DNA from: Minisyncoccota bacterium
GTDB taxonomy: Bacteria > Patescibacteriota > Microgenomatia > PFEM01 > JAFGMK01
DNA: 48,356 bases
Direction of reading: 5' to 3'
NCBI GenBank assembly: GCA_016927565.1
Contig: JAFGMK010000023.1
Location: 1-48,356, forward strand
A program made the position numbers and the translations under genes. The notes under the pieces are model-generated. The model searched no databases. It was given only the letters and a program-made list of their open reading frames with translations, and had not been told where the DNA came from. Each line of letters starts with the position of its first letter. The first letter of the stretch is position 1. This document shows positions 18,244 through 27,866 of this stretch, piece by piece.

Positions 18244-19247
18244 GCCGCTTACCAGAAATTGACTTACTGAATAAAAGTCTGGCTGATTTTCAGAAAGGGG
18301 CTATCTTTATTCCTCAGAATCCTTCTTTTGATCAGGCGGCGGCGGCCTTGGGTCTTTTTTTGTCTCTTTCTCAATCAGGTAAGAGTTTTTCAGTAATCTG
18401 TTCGACGCCGATGACGGTCGGCTTCTCGCAATTAGTAGGAGTGGATAAGATTACTGAAAAAATCAACAGTCAAAATCTGGTTGTTAGTCTGGACTATCAG
18501 GAAGATGCTGTTAGTAAGGTTAGTTACAACCTTAACGGGAAAAAGTTTAATTTGATAATTCAGCCCAAACCCGGTTTCTCTCCTTTGTCAACCAGAAATG
18601 TCAAATTCTCTTATTCGGGTAAAACAGATTTTCTGGTGACTATCGGAGCTGCATCGCTCACCGATTTGGGCTCTGTTTATCAGACGGAAGCAGGAATCTT
18701 CAAAGAAGCAAAAATTTTAAACATTGATATTAGCCATGAAAATTCCCGATTCGGCAAAATTAATGTTGTTTTTTCTTCGGCCAGCTCTTATTCTGAGGTA
18801 ATTGCGGCTTTGCTGGAGATTGCTGATTATCCGGCTGATCAGGATATCGCAAGTAATCTTTTTTTAGGAATTAAAAAAGCGACCGATAATTTTACCAATC
18901 CCGGGACGAGCGCTGAAGCTTTTTCGGGGGCCGCTTTCTGCTTGCGTCATGGTGCCAGACGCCAGTCCGATCCGGTTCGGGCGGCTCCGGTAAAAGAAGC
19001 GGCAACTTTGAAAGTAATGTCTAAAAAAGATTCAGCAGGAAAACCGCCTCCGGTTAATGCATCCGCGGAGGCGGATGTGTCGGAAAATGATTTACCGGCA
19101 GGGAATTTTTCGCCCGGTCTGGTTGGAGACGCAGCTGCTTTTGAAGAGCCGGCAACCCAGACAAATTCCGGCGAGCCGGTTCCTGTTCAATCGCCGGCAG
19201 ATGATTGGTACGGGCCGAAAATATTCCGGGCGCCCAAGCGGGCCTGA
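18240..19247 (+). CDS. Degenerate DHH-family phosphoesterase-like protein with a disordered C-terminal tail
   Basis: Motif positions match DHH/NrnA (PQNPSFDQAAAALGL, ILNIDISH, ASSYSE, GIKKATDNF), but the metal-binding residues are altered. Confidence 0.7.
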   Translation: MSRLPEIDLLNKSLADFQKGAIFIPQNPSFDQAAAALGLFLSLSQSGKSFSVICSTPMTVGFSQLVGVDKITEKINSQNLVVSLDYQEDAVSKVSYNLNGKKFNLIIQPKPGFSPLSTRNVKFSYSGKTDFLVTIGAASLTDLGSVYQTEAGIFKEAKILNIDISHENSRFGKINVVFSSASSYSEVIAALLEIADYPADQDIASNLFLGIKKATDNFTNPGTSAEAFSGAAFCLRHGARRQSDPVRAAPVKEAATLKVMSKKDSAGKPPPVNASAEADVSENDLPAGNFSPGLVGDAAAFEEPATQTNSGEPVPVQSPADDWYGPKIFRAPKRA

Positions 19248-19339
19248 ACTTAGGTTCTTGTTTTCCCAAAAGCTAATTGCTATAATAATTTCCTGAGAGA
19301 TTTTTTTATTACTAACCAGCCAAAATTAATTTCTGACTA

Positions 19340-19621
19340 ATGGCTTTAAAGACCGACGAAAAGAAAAAAATTATTAAAAAATTTGCTACTGTTGCCGGTG
19401 ATACCGGTTCTCCTGAAGTCCAGATTGCCTTGCTGACGGCAAAGATTCAGAAGCTGTCATCTCACTTAAAGGAGCATAGGAAAGATACTCATTCTCGCCG
19501 CGGTCTCCTCTCGATGATTTCCAAAAGGAGACGTTTGCTAAATTATCTTTTAAAGGAAGACAAGAAAAAAGGAGCTGAGCGGTACAAGGGCGTGATTACC
19601 CATCTCGGACTTTCTAAGTAA
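19340..19621 (+). CDS. rpsO: 30S ribosomal protein S15
   Basis: [26 protein letters not shown]. Confidence 0.98.
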   Translation: MALKTDEKKKIIKKFATVAGDTGSPEVQIALLTAKIQKLSSHLKEHRKDTHSRRGLLSMISKRRRLLNYLLKEDKKKGAERYKGVITHLGLSK

Positions 19622-19648
19622 TTGACTTCCAAAACAAAGGAGAAGGAA

Positions 19649-21913
19649 ATGATTCAAAAGAAGACAAAGAGGGTTGTTGCTGATATTGAGGTTGGTGACA
19701 AGACTCTGGTTTTAGAAACCGGTTATTTGGCTGAGCAGGCAGATGGGGCAGTTCTTGCCAGGCTGGGCGATACTCTGGTTCTGGCGACAGTAGTGACAGA
19801 ACCAACCCGGGAAGAACTTGATTATTTCCCTTTGGGGGTTGAATTTATCGAAAGATTATATGCCGGAGGACGAATCAAGGGGTCGCGTTGGGTAAAAAGA
19901 GAGGGGCGGCCTTCTGACGAGGCGATTCTTACTGCCCGGTTAATTGATCGATCAATTAGGCCGCTTTTTGACAAGAGTTATCAATTTCGGATTCAAGTAA
20001 TAATAACCGTTCTTTCAGTTGATGCCGAAAATAGTCCGGATATTCCCGCTGCTTGTGCTACCAGCGCTGCTTTAGCTATCTCCGGAGTTCCCTGGAAGGG
20101 TCCGGTGGGAACGGTTAGATTGGGATTTGTAGCCAAAGACGGCGAAAGCAGTTTTATTATAAACCCGACTTATCAGGATCTTGAATATTCGGAAATGGAA
20201 ATGATTTTTTCAGGAACCGACCGGGCAGTGGTAATGATTGAGGGGAAGGCCAGAGAAATACCGGAAAAAACCTTTCTGGCTTCCCTGGACGAGTCTTTGA
20301 TTCAAATTAAAAAAATCATTAAAGGAATTAACGAATTTGCTGATAAGGCGGGGGTAAAAAAACAGATTTTCAGAAAGCTTGAAGTTGATCCGGCCTTAGT
20401 CGGAGAGATTAAGAAAGCAGCCGGTAAGGAAATTGAAGAAGCGGTTTTGGCGCCGGTCGGAGAGGGGGAAGCGATTAGGGATTCTGTTTCCCAATTAGTG
20501 GAAGCAATGATTGAGAAGTTCCCTGAAGCAGGCAGTTATCAGGTGAGAGAAGCGGTTGACCAGTTGATTAAAAAAGCTGTCCGAAGACAGATTCTTTTAA
20601 AGAAAAAGAGGATTGACGGCCGGGGTTTAAAAGAAATCCGTCCGATTGCGGTTGGAGTGAGCATCTTACCTCGAACTCATGGTTCGGCGATGTTTAAGAG
20701 AGGCAAAACTCAAGCCCTGACAATTGCGACTTTGGGCGCTCCTTCTCTGGGACAGTTGATCGAAAGCATGGAAGGAGAAGAAACTAAAAGGTATATGCAT
20801 CATTATTATATGCCTCCTTTTTCGACAGGCGAAACCGGACGATTGGGATGGCCTTCCCGGCGGGAAATTGGTCACGGGGCTTTGGCTGAAAGCGCTTTGG
20901 AACCGGTTATTCCCAGCGAGGAAAAATTCCCTTACACCGTTCGGGTAGTTTCAGAGATTATGTCTTCCAACGGTTCAACCTCGATGGCCTCAGTTTGTGG
21001 GTCAACCCTAGCTTTAATGGATGCCGGTGTGCCGATTAAGTCACCAGTGGCTGGGATAGCTATGGGCTTGATCAGTGACGGTAAGCAGCATCTGGTTCTT
21101 TCTGACATTCTCGGTCAGGAAGATTTTCAGGGAGATATGGATTTCAAGGTTGCCGGAAGCAAAGAGGGTATTACAGCGATTCAAATGGATGTTAAAAATA
21201 GTCAAATTCCCCTTAAAGTTTTAAAAGAAGCTTTCGAACAAGCCCGGGAAGGGCGGCTTTATATTCTGGATAAAATGTTGGCAGTCTTGCCGGCTTCGCG
21301 GACTCAAGTTTCTAAATTTGCGCCTAAAATTGAAGTAATTCATGTGCCGACCGAGAAAATCGGGGAAGTCATTGGCCCGGGCGGAAGAACAATCAAACGA
21401 ATTATCAGCGAAAGCGGGGCAACAGTAGACATCGAAGATGACGGCTCGGTTAATATTTCTTCTCCGGATAGAGTGGCAGTTGAGAAGGCGGCAGCAATGA
21501 TTCAAGGAATTACCCGGGAAGTTAAAGTAGACGATGAATTTGAGGGAACGGTTAAAAGAATTCAACCTTTCGGCGCCTTTGTCGAGATTGCTCCCGGGAA
21601 GGAAGGGTTGGTTCATGTATCTCAAATGTCAACCGATTTCGTCAATGACCCCGGCGAGGTGGTAGAGATCGATCAAAAGGTTAAGGTGAGAGTGGTTAAG
21701 ATTGATGAAATGAAACGGATCAATCTTTCAATGCTCGAAAAAGGCCAGAAGCCGCCGGAACGTTCAAGCCGGATGCCGGGGAGAGATCCGAATTCGGGAG
21801 GATACGATTCGGGAAGAAGATCTTCCGGGCGCTTTTCTGATCGGCCTCACCCTTACAAAAGGCGGTCGGATAATCGAAGATCGGGTTTCGGATCCCGCGA
21901 TTACCGTCGTTAG
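19649..21913 (+). CDS. pnp: Polyribonucleotide nucleotidyltransferase (PNPase)
   Basis: ARLIDRSIRPLF, RREIGHG, SNGSTSMASVCG, GDMDFKVAG, KH and S1 domains; ATG at 19649 preferred over TTG at 19622 because it follows AGGAG. Confidence 0.97.
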   Translation: MIQKKTKRVVADIEVGDKTLVLETGYLAEQADGAVLARLGDTLVLATVVTEPTREELDYFPLGVEFIERLYAGGRIKGSRWVKREGRPSDEAILTARLIDRSIRPLFDKSYQFRIQVIITVLSVDAENSPDIPAACATSAALAISGVPWKGPVGTVRLGFVAKDGESSFIINPTYQDLEYSEMEMIFSGTDRAVVMIEGKAREIPEKTFLASLDESLIQIKKIIKGINEFADKAGVKKQIFRKLEVDPALVGEIKKAAGKEIEEAVLAPVGEGEAIRDSVSQLVEAMIEKFPEAGSYQVREAVDQLIKKAVRRQILLKKKRIDGRGLKEIRPIAVGVSILPRTHGSAMFKRGKTQALTIATLGAPSLGQLIESMEGEETKRYMHHYYMPPFSTGETGRLGWPSRREIGHGALAESALEPVIPSEEKFPYTVRVVSEIMSSNGSTSMASVCGSTLALMDAGVPIKSPVAGIAMGLISDGKQHLVLSDILGQEDFQGDMDFKVAGSKEGITAIQMDVKNSQIPLKVLKEAFEQAREGRLYILDKMLAVLPASRTQVSKFAPKIEVIHVPTEKIGEVIGPGGRTIKRIISESGATVDIEDDGSVNISSPDRVAVEKAAAMIQGITREVKVDDEFEGTVKRIQPFGAFVEIAPGKEGLVHVSQMSTDFVNDPGEVVEIDQKVKVRVVKIDEMKRINLSMLEKGQKPPERSSRMPGRDPNSGGYDSGRRSSGRFSDRPHPYKRRSDNRRSGFGSRDYRR

Positions 21914-22060
21914 TAAATTTTTCCAAGTGAATTAGGTTAAGAAGCAGCTATTCAGCTTCTTTGACATTTCGAGATCATTATCTTTGTCAGAGAGCGTGAG
22001 TAACTATGATAAATGAATTCCTTGCCGGAGACCTCCTTTTTATGATAGGCTTTAGGTGCT

Positions 22061-23152
22061 ATGAAAAGTGATGCCGGCGGAACAGAACTCCTTGAGGGAA
22101 TTGCCAGACTCGAAAAAAGAGTCAGTTTGGCTGCGGTTCCTCCTGACCTCGAAGAAAAAATGCTGTTAACCATCAAAAGATTGGAGCGGATGATTAAATT
22201 CGGACGATATTCTTCCGAATACGAGCAGGCTGTTTTTTATATCGAATGGGTTACCGAGTTGCCCTGGAATAAGAGAAGCGAAGACATTCTTGACATGGAA
22301 AAAGCCAAAGAAGTGCTTTATAAAAATCACTATGGCTTGGAAGCGGTTAAGGATAGAATTCTGGAGTATCTGGCAGTTATGTCATTAAGGAGAGAAAGGG
22401 GTGAAGGTAACGGAGCGAAAGAGGAAGGGATTCTAAAGTTTATGCGAGCGCCGATTCTTTGTTTGGTTGGTTTAGTCGGCACCGGAAAAACAACTCTGGC
22501 TTATTCAATTGCTGAGGCAATGGGAAGGGAATTTGCCCGCATTCCTTTTGGCGGAATGGGAAGCGCTCTTGATTTGAGAGGTCAATCACGGGCTCATCCT
22601 GATGCTGAACCGGGTTTGGTGTTGAAGGCCGTTAAACGCTGCGGGACTAAAAATCCGGTTATTTTACTGGACGAAATTGATCGGGTATCAGATAATGCCC
22701 GGAGTGAGATTATGGGGGTTTTGGTTGAGCTCTTAGATCCGGAGCAAAACGCCGCTTTTCGGGATCATTTTGTTGATTTTCCTTTTGACCTTTCCCAAGC
22801 ATTATTCATCGCCACTTGCAATAATACTACTAACATTTCCACGGCGGTTTTAGATCGTTTGGAGCCGCTGCAAATGCCTTCTTATAATGATCAGGAGAAA
22901 ATAATTATTGGCCAGAAATATGTTCTGCCCCGATTGTTAAAAGAATCAGGTCTGACCGGAGAAAATTTAAAAATCGATAAGGACGTTTGGCCAAAAATAG
23001 TCAGGCCTTTGGGTTATGATGCCGGAATTAGAACTCTGGGCCGGACAATCAATACACTTTGTCGGAAAGTGGCAAAAATGATTGTTGAGGGTCAGGGTAA
23101 AAACTTTCATATTACTACTGAGAACATCAAAGAATATATTCCCATCTGGTAG
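22061..23152 (+). CDS. Lon-type AAA+ ATPase lacking the protease and N-terminal domains
   Basis: LPW, HYGLEAVKDRILEYLAV, Walker A GLVGTGKT, Walker B ILLDEID, LLDPEQN..FRDHF; the ORF ends where the protease domain would begin. Confidence 0.88.
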   Translation: MKSDAGGTELLEGIARLEKRVSLAAVPPDLEEKMLLTIKRLERMIKFGRYSSEYEQAVFYIEWVTELPWNKRSEDILDMEKAKEVLYKNHYGLEAVKDRILEYLAVMSLRRERGEGNGAKEEGILKFMRAPILCLVGLVGTGKTTLAYSIAEAMGREFARIPFGGMGSALDLRGQSRAHPDAEPGLVLKAVKRCGTKNPVILLDEIDRVSDNARSEIMGVLVELLDPEQNAAFRDHFVDFPFDLSQALFIATCNNTTNISTAVLDRLEPLQMPSYNDQEKIIIGQKYVLPRLLKESGLTGENLKIDKDVWPKIVRPLGYDAGIRTLGRTINTLCRKVAKMIVEGQGKNFHITTENIKEYIPIW

Positions 23153-23172
23153 CCGGGCCGGTTTCAGTCAAA

Positions 23173-23814
23173 ATGTCCGAAAAAGAAAAAAAATTAATTG
23201 AAATTGCTCGGCGGGTAAGCCAATGCACTAATTGTCCGCTTCATAAAACAGCGACTAATCCGGTTCCGGGCGCCGGGAATCCGGAAGCAAAAATTGTTTT
23301 CATCGGGGAAGCCCCCGGTTTTCATGAAGATCAACAGGGTTTGCCTTTTGTTGGAGCTGCCGGGAAACTTCTGGAACGCCTGCTGGCGCTGATCGATTTA
23401 AAACGGGAGGAGGTTTTTATTTGTAATATGCTTCGACACCGGCCGCCGGGGAATCGGGATCCCCTGCCTGAGGAAATGAAAGCTTGTCAGCCTTTCCTGG
23501 ATGAGCAGATCAAAGTTATCGACCCTAAAATTTTAGTCACCCTTGGCCGGTTTTCAATGAATAAATTTTTGCCGGGAGCATATATCTCTCAAGTCCACGG
23601 GGTGGCGAGATATGTTAATTTTGCCGGCAAGAAGCGGATTGTTATTCCCATGTATCACCCGGCAGCGGCTTTGAGGAACGGTCGGGTGATGACGGCTTTT
23701 AGGAATGATTTTCAGAGGATTCCCCGATTTCTCTTTGAATCGCTGAATCAGGAAGAAACAGAGGAAGTTGTTTCGGAAGAAAAAACTCAAGATGAACAGA
23801 TGGGACTGTTTTAG
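23173..23814 (+). CDS. Uracil-DNA glycosylase family 4 (4Fe-4S)
   Basis: CTNCPL, GEAPG, PFVGAAG, RPPGNRDP, YHPAA; C-terminal QMGLF. Confidence 0.93.
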   Translation: MSEKEKKLIEIARRVSQCTNCPLHKTATNPVPGAGNPEAKIVFIGEAPGFHEDQQGLPFVGAAGKLLERLLALIDLKREEVFICNMLRHRPPGNRDPLPEEMKACQPFLDEQIKVIDPKILVTLGRFSMNKFLPGAYISQVHGVARYVNFAGKKRIVIPMYHPAAALRNGRVMTAFRNDFQRIPRFLFESLNQEETEEVVSEEKTQDEQMGLF

Positions 23815-23973
23815 ACTCCTCCCCGATCTGTCATTCTCGTGTGATTAACAGTAAGTGCAAAATAGGGTAAGGGATAGTATCTGTTTGGGTATTTACTCGG
23901 TTTCTTAAAATAATTCAGAGTTATTCGATCCCGGGTCGGGGGGGCTGCGGATTATCAAGGAAAGTAAGTAATT

Positions 23974-24094
23974 GGGACTGTTGAATAATATCTTGGCTAT
24001 TCGTCATTCTGAGGCTAAAAGCCGAAGAATCCCATTCGAAAAGGGTCTTTAGCAGTTCAGGATGACGATGCGGAAAACAATATCCAACACTCTT
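23974..24094 (+). mobile_element. MITE-like composite repeat, copy 3
   Basis: GGGACTGTTGAATA...GTCATTCTGAGGCTAAAAGCCGAAGAATCCC...CAGGATGAC...TATCCAACACTCTT; flanks GTAAGTAATT / GTGAGTAACT (8/10 identical). Confidence 0.78.
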
Positions 24095-24158
24095 GTGAGT
24101 AACTACAGGTTAGTGCCTGTTTGGCTTCGGGGGGTAGTTTTGTTGTATAATGGTTAAA

Positions 24159-26297
24159 ATGCCCAAAAAGAAAAAAAAGATCTCCTCTGTGGCCAGGTCC
24201 CGCCGGGGTCGCCGTCGGAAGCCATTCAAGCTAAAACTCAAAAAAGAAACAATTTACACTTTTTCTTCGGTCATTTTTTTTGTCTTGGCGGGAATTGTGA
24301 TCCTTTCTTTTTCCCGTCAGGGAATTATTTTAGCTAAAATTTTTGATTTTCTTAGTTTCCTTCTGGGGTGGGGAATTATTTTTGTCCCTTTTTTTCTTTT
24401 AAGTGCCGGGTTGATGCTTTCCCGGCTGAAGTGGCAACTAACCCGGCCTAATGTTTTTGTCGGCGGTTTCGTTCTTCTGATAGCAGCAGTTTCTTTAACC
24501 AGATCGGGCAGTCTGGGACAACTAATGTGGTCAAGGTTGGCCTTCTTAATGACTTCGAGAGGCGCTTTTCTGATTTTTTTTGGCTTATTTTTCGTCGGTT
24601 TTGTTGTCACTTTTAACACTTCTTTGGAAGAGGTGATTCTTTTTGTGGCCCACTTTTTTTTAGGGATTAAAAAAATATGGCTTTTTTTTACTAAAATTAA
24701 AAAGCCCCGTTTTGTGCTTTCCAAACCGAAGTTATCAGCTTCGGAAACAGGAACAGAGAAAAGAGAGATCGAAGTAAAAGGGAGGCCGAAAGAATCAGAA
24801 GAAACGGAGAATCAACCGGCCCTAACATCGGATTTAGCGGCCAGTTTTTCCGGTCAGGGAAAGATTTGGCAGCTTCCTTCGCTATCGATTCTTGAGGATA
24901 AAGTAAGTGGTCAGGCCGATCGGGGCGATATTAAAAAGAATGCCGATATAATAGAAAAAACCTTGGAATCTTTTGGGATTTCGGCTAGTGTTGTTGAGGT
25001 AAATTTAGGGCCGGCAGTGACCCAGTATGCTCTGGAGATTGCTTTGGGGACAAAACTGTCAAAAATTACCTCATTGGCTACTGATCTTGCTTTGGCTTTG
25101 GCTGCGCCGACGGGTCAGATTAGAATTGAAGCGCCGATTCCGGGGCGGTCTTTAGTTGGCGTCGAAGTTCCCAATCAAGTGCCTGAATTTGTTTCTCTGA
25201 AAAAGATGCTGATTTCAGACAAAATGAAGAACGCCAAGTCTAAACTGACTGTTGCTTTGGGTTTGGATGTTTCCGGCAGTCCCCTGGCGGTGAATATTGC
25301 CAAAATGCCTCATGTTTTAATTGCCGGTGCGACCGGGAGCGGCAAGTCGGTTTGTATCAATTCCTTTATTGCCTCGATTCTTTTTCGGGCTTCTCCGGAT
25401 GAGGTGAAGCTTATTTTAGTTGATCCGAAAAGGGTGGAATTAACCCAATACAATGACATCCCGCATCTTTTGACGCCGGTAATTGTCGAGCCGGATAAAG
25501 TACTTTCTGCTTTGAAATGGGCAATCTCGGAAATGGAAAAGCGCTACAAGCTTTTTGCCGAGGTGGGGGTGAGAAACATTGATGCTTATAATGAACTTTC
25601 GGGCTTAACGATTCTCCCTTATATTATCATTTTTATTGATGAATTAGCCGATATTATGCTTTTTGCTCCGGCTGATGTTGAAGATACCATTTGTCGGATT
25701 GCTCAGATGGCCCGAGCGACGGGAATTCATCTGGTTATTTCTACTCAAAGGCCGTCGGTAGATGTCATTACCGGCCTGATCAAGGCCAATATCCCCTGTC
25801 GGATTGCTTTCAATGTTTCTTCTCAAATTGATTCCCGAGTGATCATTGACACTCCGGGAGCAGAGAAACTTTTAGGTCGGGGGGATATGCTTTATATTCC
25901 GCCGGATCAAGCCAAGCCGACTCGAGTTCAGGGAACCTTTGTTTCCGATCCGGAGATTCAGCGGCTGATTTCGGCCCTTAAAAATTCGGGGATAGCGCCG
26001 GTTTACACTGAAGAGGTGATAGTTGATCATCAACCGAAAGACCGTCCCGGAATTGCCGGCGAAGATGAAGAAAGAGACGAGCTCTTTAAAGAAGCAGTAG
26101 AAATAGTTTGCCGTTTTGAGAGAGCTTCGGCTTCTTTGCTTCAAAGACGTCTAAAAGTCGGGTACGCCCGGGCCGCCCGGATTTTAGATCAACTGGAAAA
26201 AATGCAAATTGTCGGTCCGGCTGAAGGGGCAAAACCGCGAGAGATCCTGATCGGGAGTGCCGAGGAATATTTTTCTTCACAAACATCCCGGCCATAA
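24159..26297 (+). CDS. ftsK: DNA translocase FtsK/SpoIIIE
   Basis: 4TM N-terminus, GATGSGKS, IDELAD, TQRPSVDV, LLGRGDML, gamma domain ASLLQRRLKVGYARAAR. Start placed at 24159 because ATG 24150 overlaps a TATAAT box. Confidence 0.96.
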   Translation: MPKKKKKISSVARSRRGRRRKPFKLKLKKETIYTFSSVIFFVLAGIVILSFSRQGIILAKIFDFLSFLLGWGIIFVPFFLLSAGLMLSRLKWQLTRPNVFVGGFVLLIAAVSLTRSGSLGQLMWSRLAFLMTSRGAFLIFFGLFFVGFVVTFNTSLEEVILFVAHFFLGIKKIWLFFTKIKKPRFVLSKPKLSASETGTEKREIEVKGRPKESEETENQPALTSDLAASFSGQGKIWQLPSLSILEDKVSGQADRGDIKKNADIIEKTLESFGISASVVEVNLGPAVTQYALEIALGTKLSKITSLATDLALALAAPTGQIRIEAPIPGRSLVGVEVPNQVPEFVSLKKMLISDKMKNAKSKLTVALGLDVSGSPLAVNIAKMPHVLIAGATGSGKSVCINSFIASILFRASPDEVKLILVDPKRVELTQYNDIPHLLTPVIVEPDKVLSALKWAISEMEKRYKLFAEVGVRNIDAYNELSGLTILPYIIIFIDELADIMLFAPADVEDTICRIAQMARATGIHLVISTQRPSVDVITGLIKANIPCRIAFNVSSQIDSRVIIDTPGAEKLLGRGDMLYIPPDQAKPTRVQGTFVSDPEIQRLISALKNSGIAPVYTEEVIVDHQPKDRPGIAGEDEERDELFKEAVEIVCRFERASASLLQRRLKVGYARAARILDQLEKMQIVGPAEGAKPREILIGSAEEYFSSQTSRP

Positions 26298-26930
26298 ATG
26301 AAAACCGTCGGCAAAATCCTGAAAGAAACCAGAAAAAAGAAAGAAATTAGTCTTGTCCGGGCGGCTTCTTCAACCCGAATCAGGCTTGGTTTCTTAAGAT
26401 CGATTGAAAATAATGATTTTGCCAGATTGCCTTCAGCCGCAAGCGCATATGGGTTTGTTAAGAATTATGCCGAATATCTTGGGGTTTCGACTGAGCGGGT
26501 TTTGGCTGTCTTCAGGCGTGATTTTTTAACGGATAAAAAAGGGAGAGTGGTTCCCCGGGGTTTGGTGAAGCCGTTGGACACTCCTGGTTTTTTCCGCTCG
26601 TCGCGGCTAGGTTTTTTTCTGGCAACCTTTTGCTTCATTGCAGCGATCCTTGCTTATCTTGGCTGGCAGTATTTTAGCCTTAGCCGTGGGCCGCAGCTGG
26701 CCCTTGTCAGTCCTGATGATCAGGTTCGGGTTTTTGGTGATTCCATAGAGGTGGCGGGCAACTCAGAGCCCGATGCAACCGTAAGAATCAACGGCGAGTC
26801 GATTGTTCTTTCCGGTCGGGGAGACTTTACGGCGATTGTTTTTTTGAAAGAAGGGAAAAATGTGATTCTCGTGGAGGCGACTAATAAATGGGGAAAGAAA
26901 ACACGTCAGGTCAGAGAGGTTTACCGATAA
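26298..26930 (+). CDS. RodZ-like protein: HTH, TM and C-terminal Ig-like domain
   Basis: VGKILKETR..TRIR..IENNDFARLP..GFVKNYAEYLG (HTH_25-like), TM, then VAGNSEPDATVRING...LKEGKNVILVEATNKWG. Confidence 0.8.
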   Translation: MKTVGKILKETRKKKEISLVRAASSTRIRLGFLRSIENNDFARLPSAASAYGFVKNYAEYLGVSTERVLAVFRRDFLTDKKGRVVPRGLVKPLDTPGFFRSSRLGFFLATFCFIAAILAYLGWQYFSLSRGPQLALVSPDDQVRVFGDSIEVAGNSEPDATVRINGESIVLSGRGDFTAIVFLKEGKNVILVEATNKWGKKTRQVREVYR

Positions 26931-26965
26931 TCTCCGGAGAGTTTGTTTGATGTATAAAATTATGG

Positions 26966-27017
26966 TTGACAGTGTTTCCGGGATATAGCAAAATGGAATT
27001 GTTGCAAATTGAGGAGG
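26966..27017 (+). promoter_or_regulatory. Promoter and SD for the 27022 operon
   Basis: TTGACA-17-CAAAAT; GAGGAGG at 27011. Confidence 0.55.
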
Positions 27018-27021
27018 TTTT

Positions 27022-27300
27022 ATGGTTGACGTTGTTCAGATTATTTTGGTTATGGTGGTGACAACAGTAACAATTCTGTTGGTTATTTTAGGGATTCAGG
27101 TTTTTAATATCCTGAAAGAATTTAGAGGAACAATCAATAAGGTGAATAAAATGCTTGATGACTTCGGAACTGTTTCCGAATCAATTGCCAAGCCGATTGC
27201 TTCGGCTGCCGATATTTTGACCGGGGCAACCGGGATCACTGGTTTGTTGGGCTGGCTATTTAACCGAAAGAAAAAAGACGGAGGGATTGAAGATGAATGA
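27022..27300 (+). CDS. Small membrane protein (DUF948/YtxG-like)
   Basis: N-terminal TM and amphipathic coiled segment; directly upstream of a YtxH-like gene. Confidence 0.7.
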   Translation: MVDVVQIILVMVVTTVTILLVILGIQVFNILKEFRGTINKVNKMLDDFGTVSESIAKPIASAADILTGATGITGLLGWLFNRKKKDGGIEDE

Positions 27301-27670
27301 GCGGGAGCGAGGGAACAGTTTCTTTTCCGGGTTTATTGCCGGGGGTTTAATCGGAGCTGTTTTAGTTTTTTTATTCGGCACTAAAGAAGGCCGGAAAATA
27401 AAAAAAAGGCTTGAGAAAAAAGGCCAGGAATTGGCTAAAGATTTACCCGGGATTGTCAGCGATTTGGAAAAAAGAGGAGCAGAGTTTGCTCAAAAGGCGG
27501 AAGAGGTTAAACAAACATTGGAAAAAAAAGCCGAGGAGCTTTCTCCCAAAATCAAGAGAAAGCTGGATCAATCTTTGGCTTCAATTGAAGAAACTCAAGA
27601 AAAGGGTCGCCAAACAGCGGCCAGGATCCGTCGCCGTTTCTTTGTCAAAAAGGGCCGGCAGTTAGGCTGA
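27293..27670 (+). CDS. YtxH-domain protein
   Basis: FFSGFIAGGLIGAVLVFLFGTKEGRKIKK signature followed by a coiled coil. Confidence 0.8.
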   Translation: MNERERGNSFFSGFIAGGLIGAVLVFLFGTKEGRKIKKRLEKKGQELAKDLPGIVSDLEKRGAEFAQKAEEVKQTLEKKAEELSPKIKRKLDQSLASIEETQEKGRQTAARIRRRFFVKKGRQLG

Positions 27671-27866
27671 GGCTTTTTAATTTTCTTCAAAATAGCTTCC
27701 TGGTTACGGGTTTTCCGGTTTGTCCGATATTCTTTGACAAAGGCATTTCTTTTCAATTTGATTTCCCCCCGTCTGAGTTAGAAGATTCAGAATAAAGAAG
27801 AATCCGGAGGTTTCCTATCAATTTGTCATTGCCAGGTCTGGCTTAGCTCAGTATAATAGAATCAAG

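Noticed and set aside
21926-21956. SRP RNA suggested by AGG..GAAGCAGC
   Set aside because: Lacks the GGAA-tetraloop helix and the long flanking stem.
23921-23945. tRNA gene suggested by TTCGATCC
   Set aside because: No pairing T-stem, no D or anticodon arms and no CCA.
27600-27830. Minus-strand ORF or pseudogene fragment (LKRNAFVKEYRTNRKTRNQEAILKKIKK)
   Set aside because: No recognisable family, weak start, overlaps the YtxH gene; not supportable.
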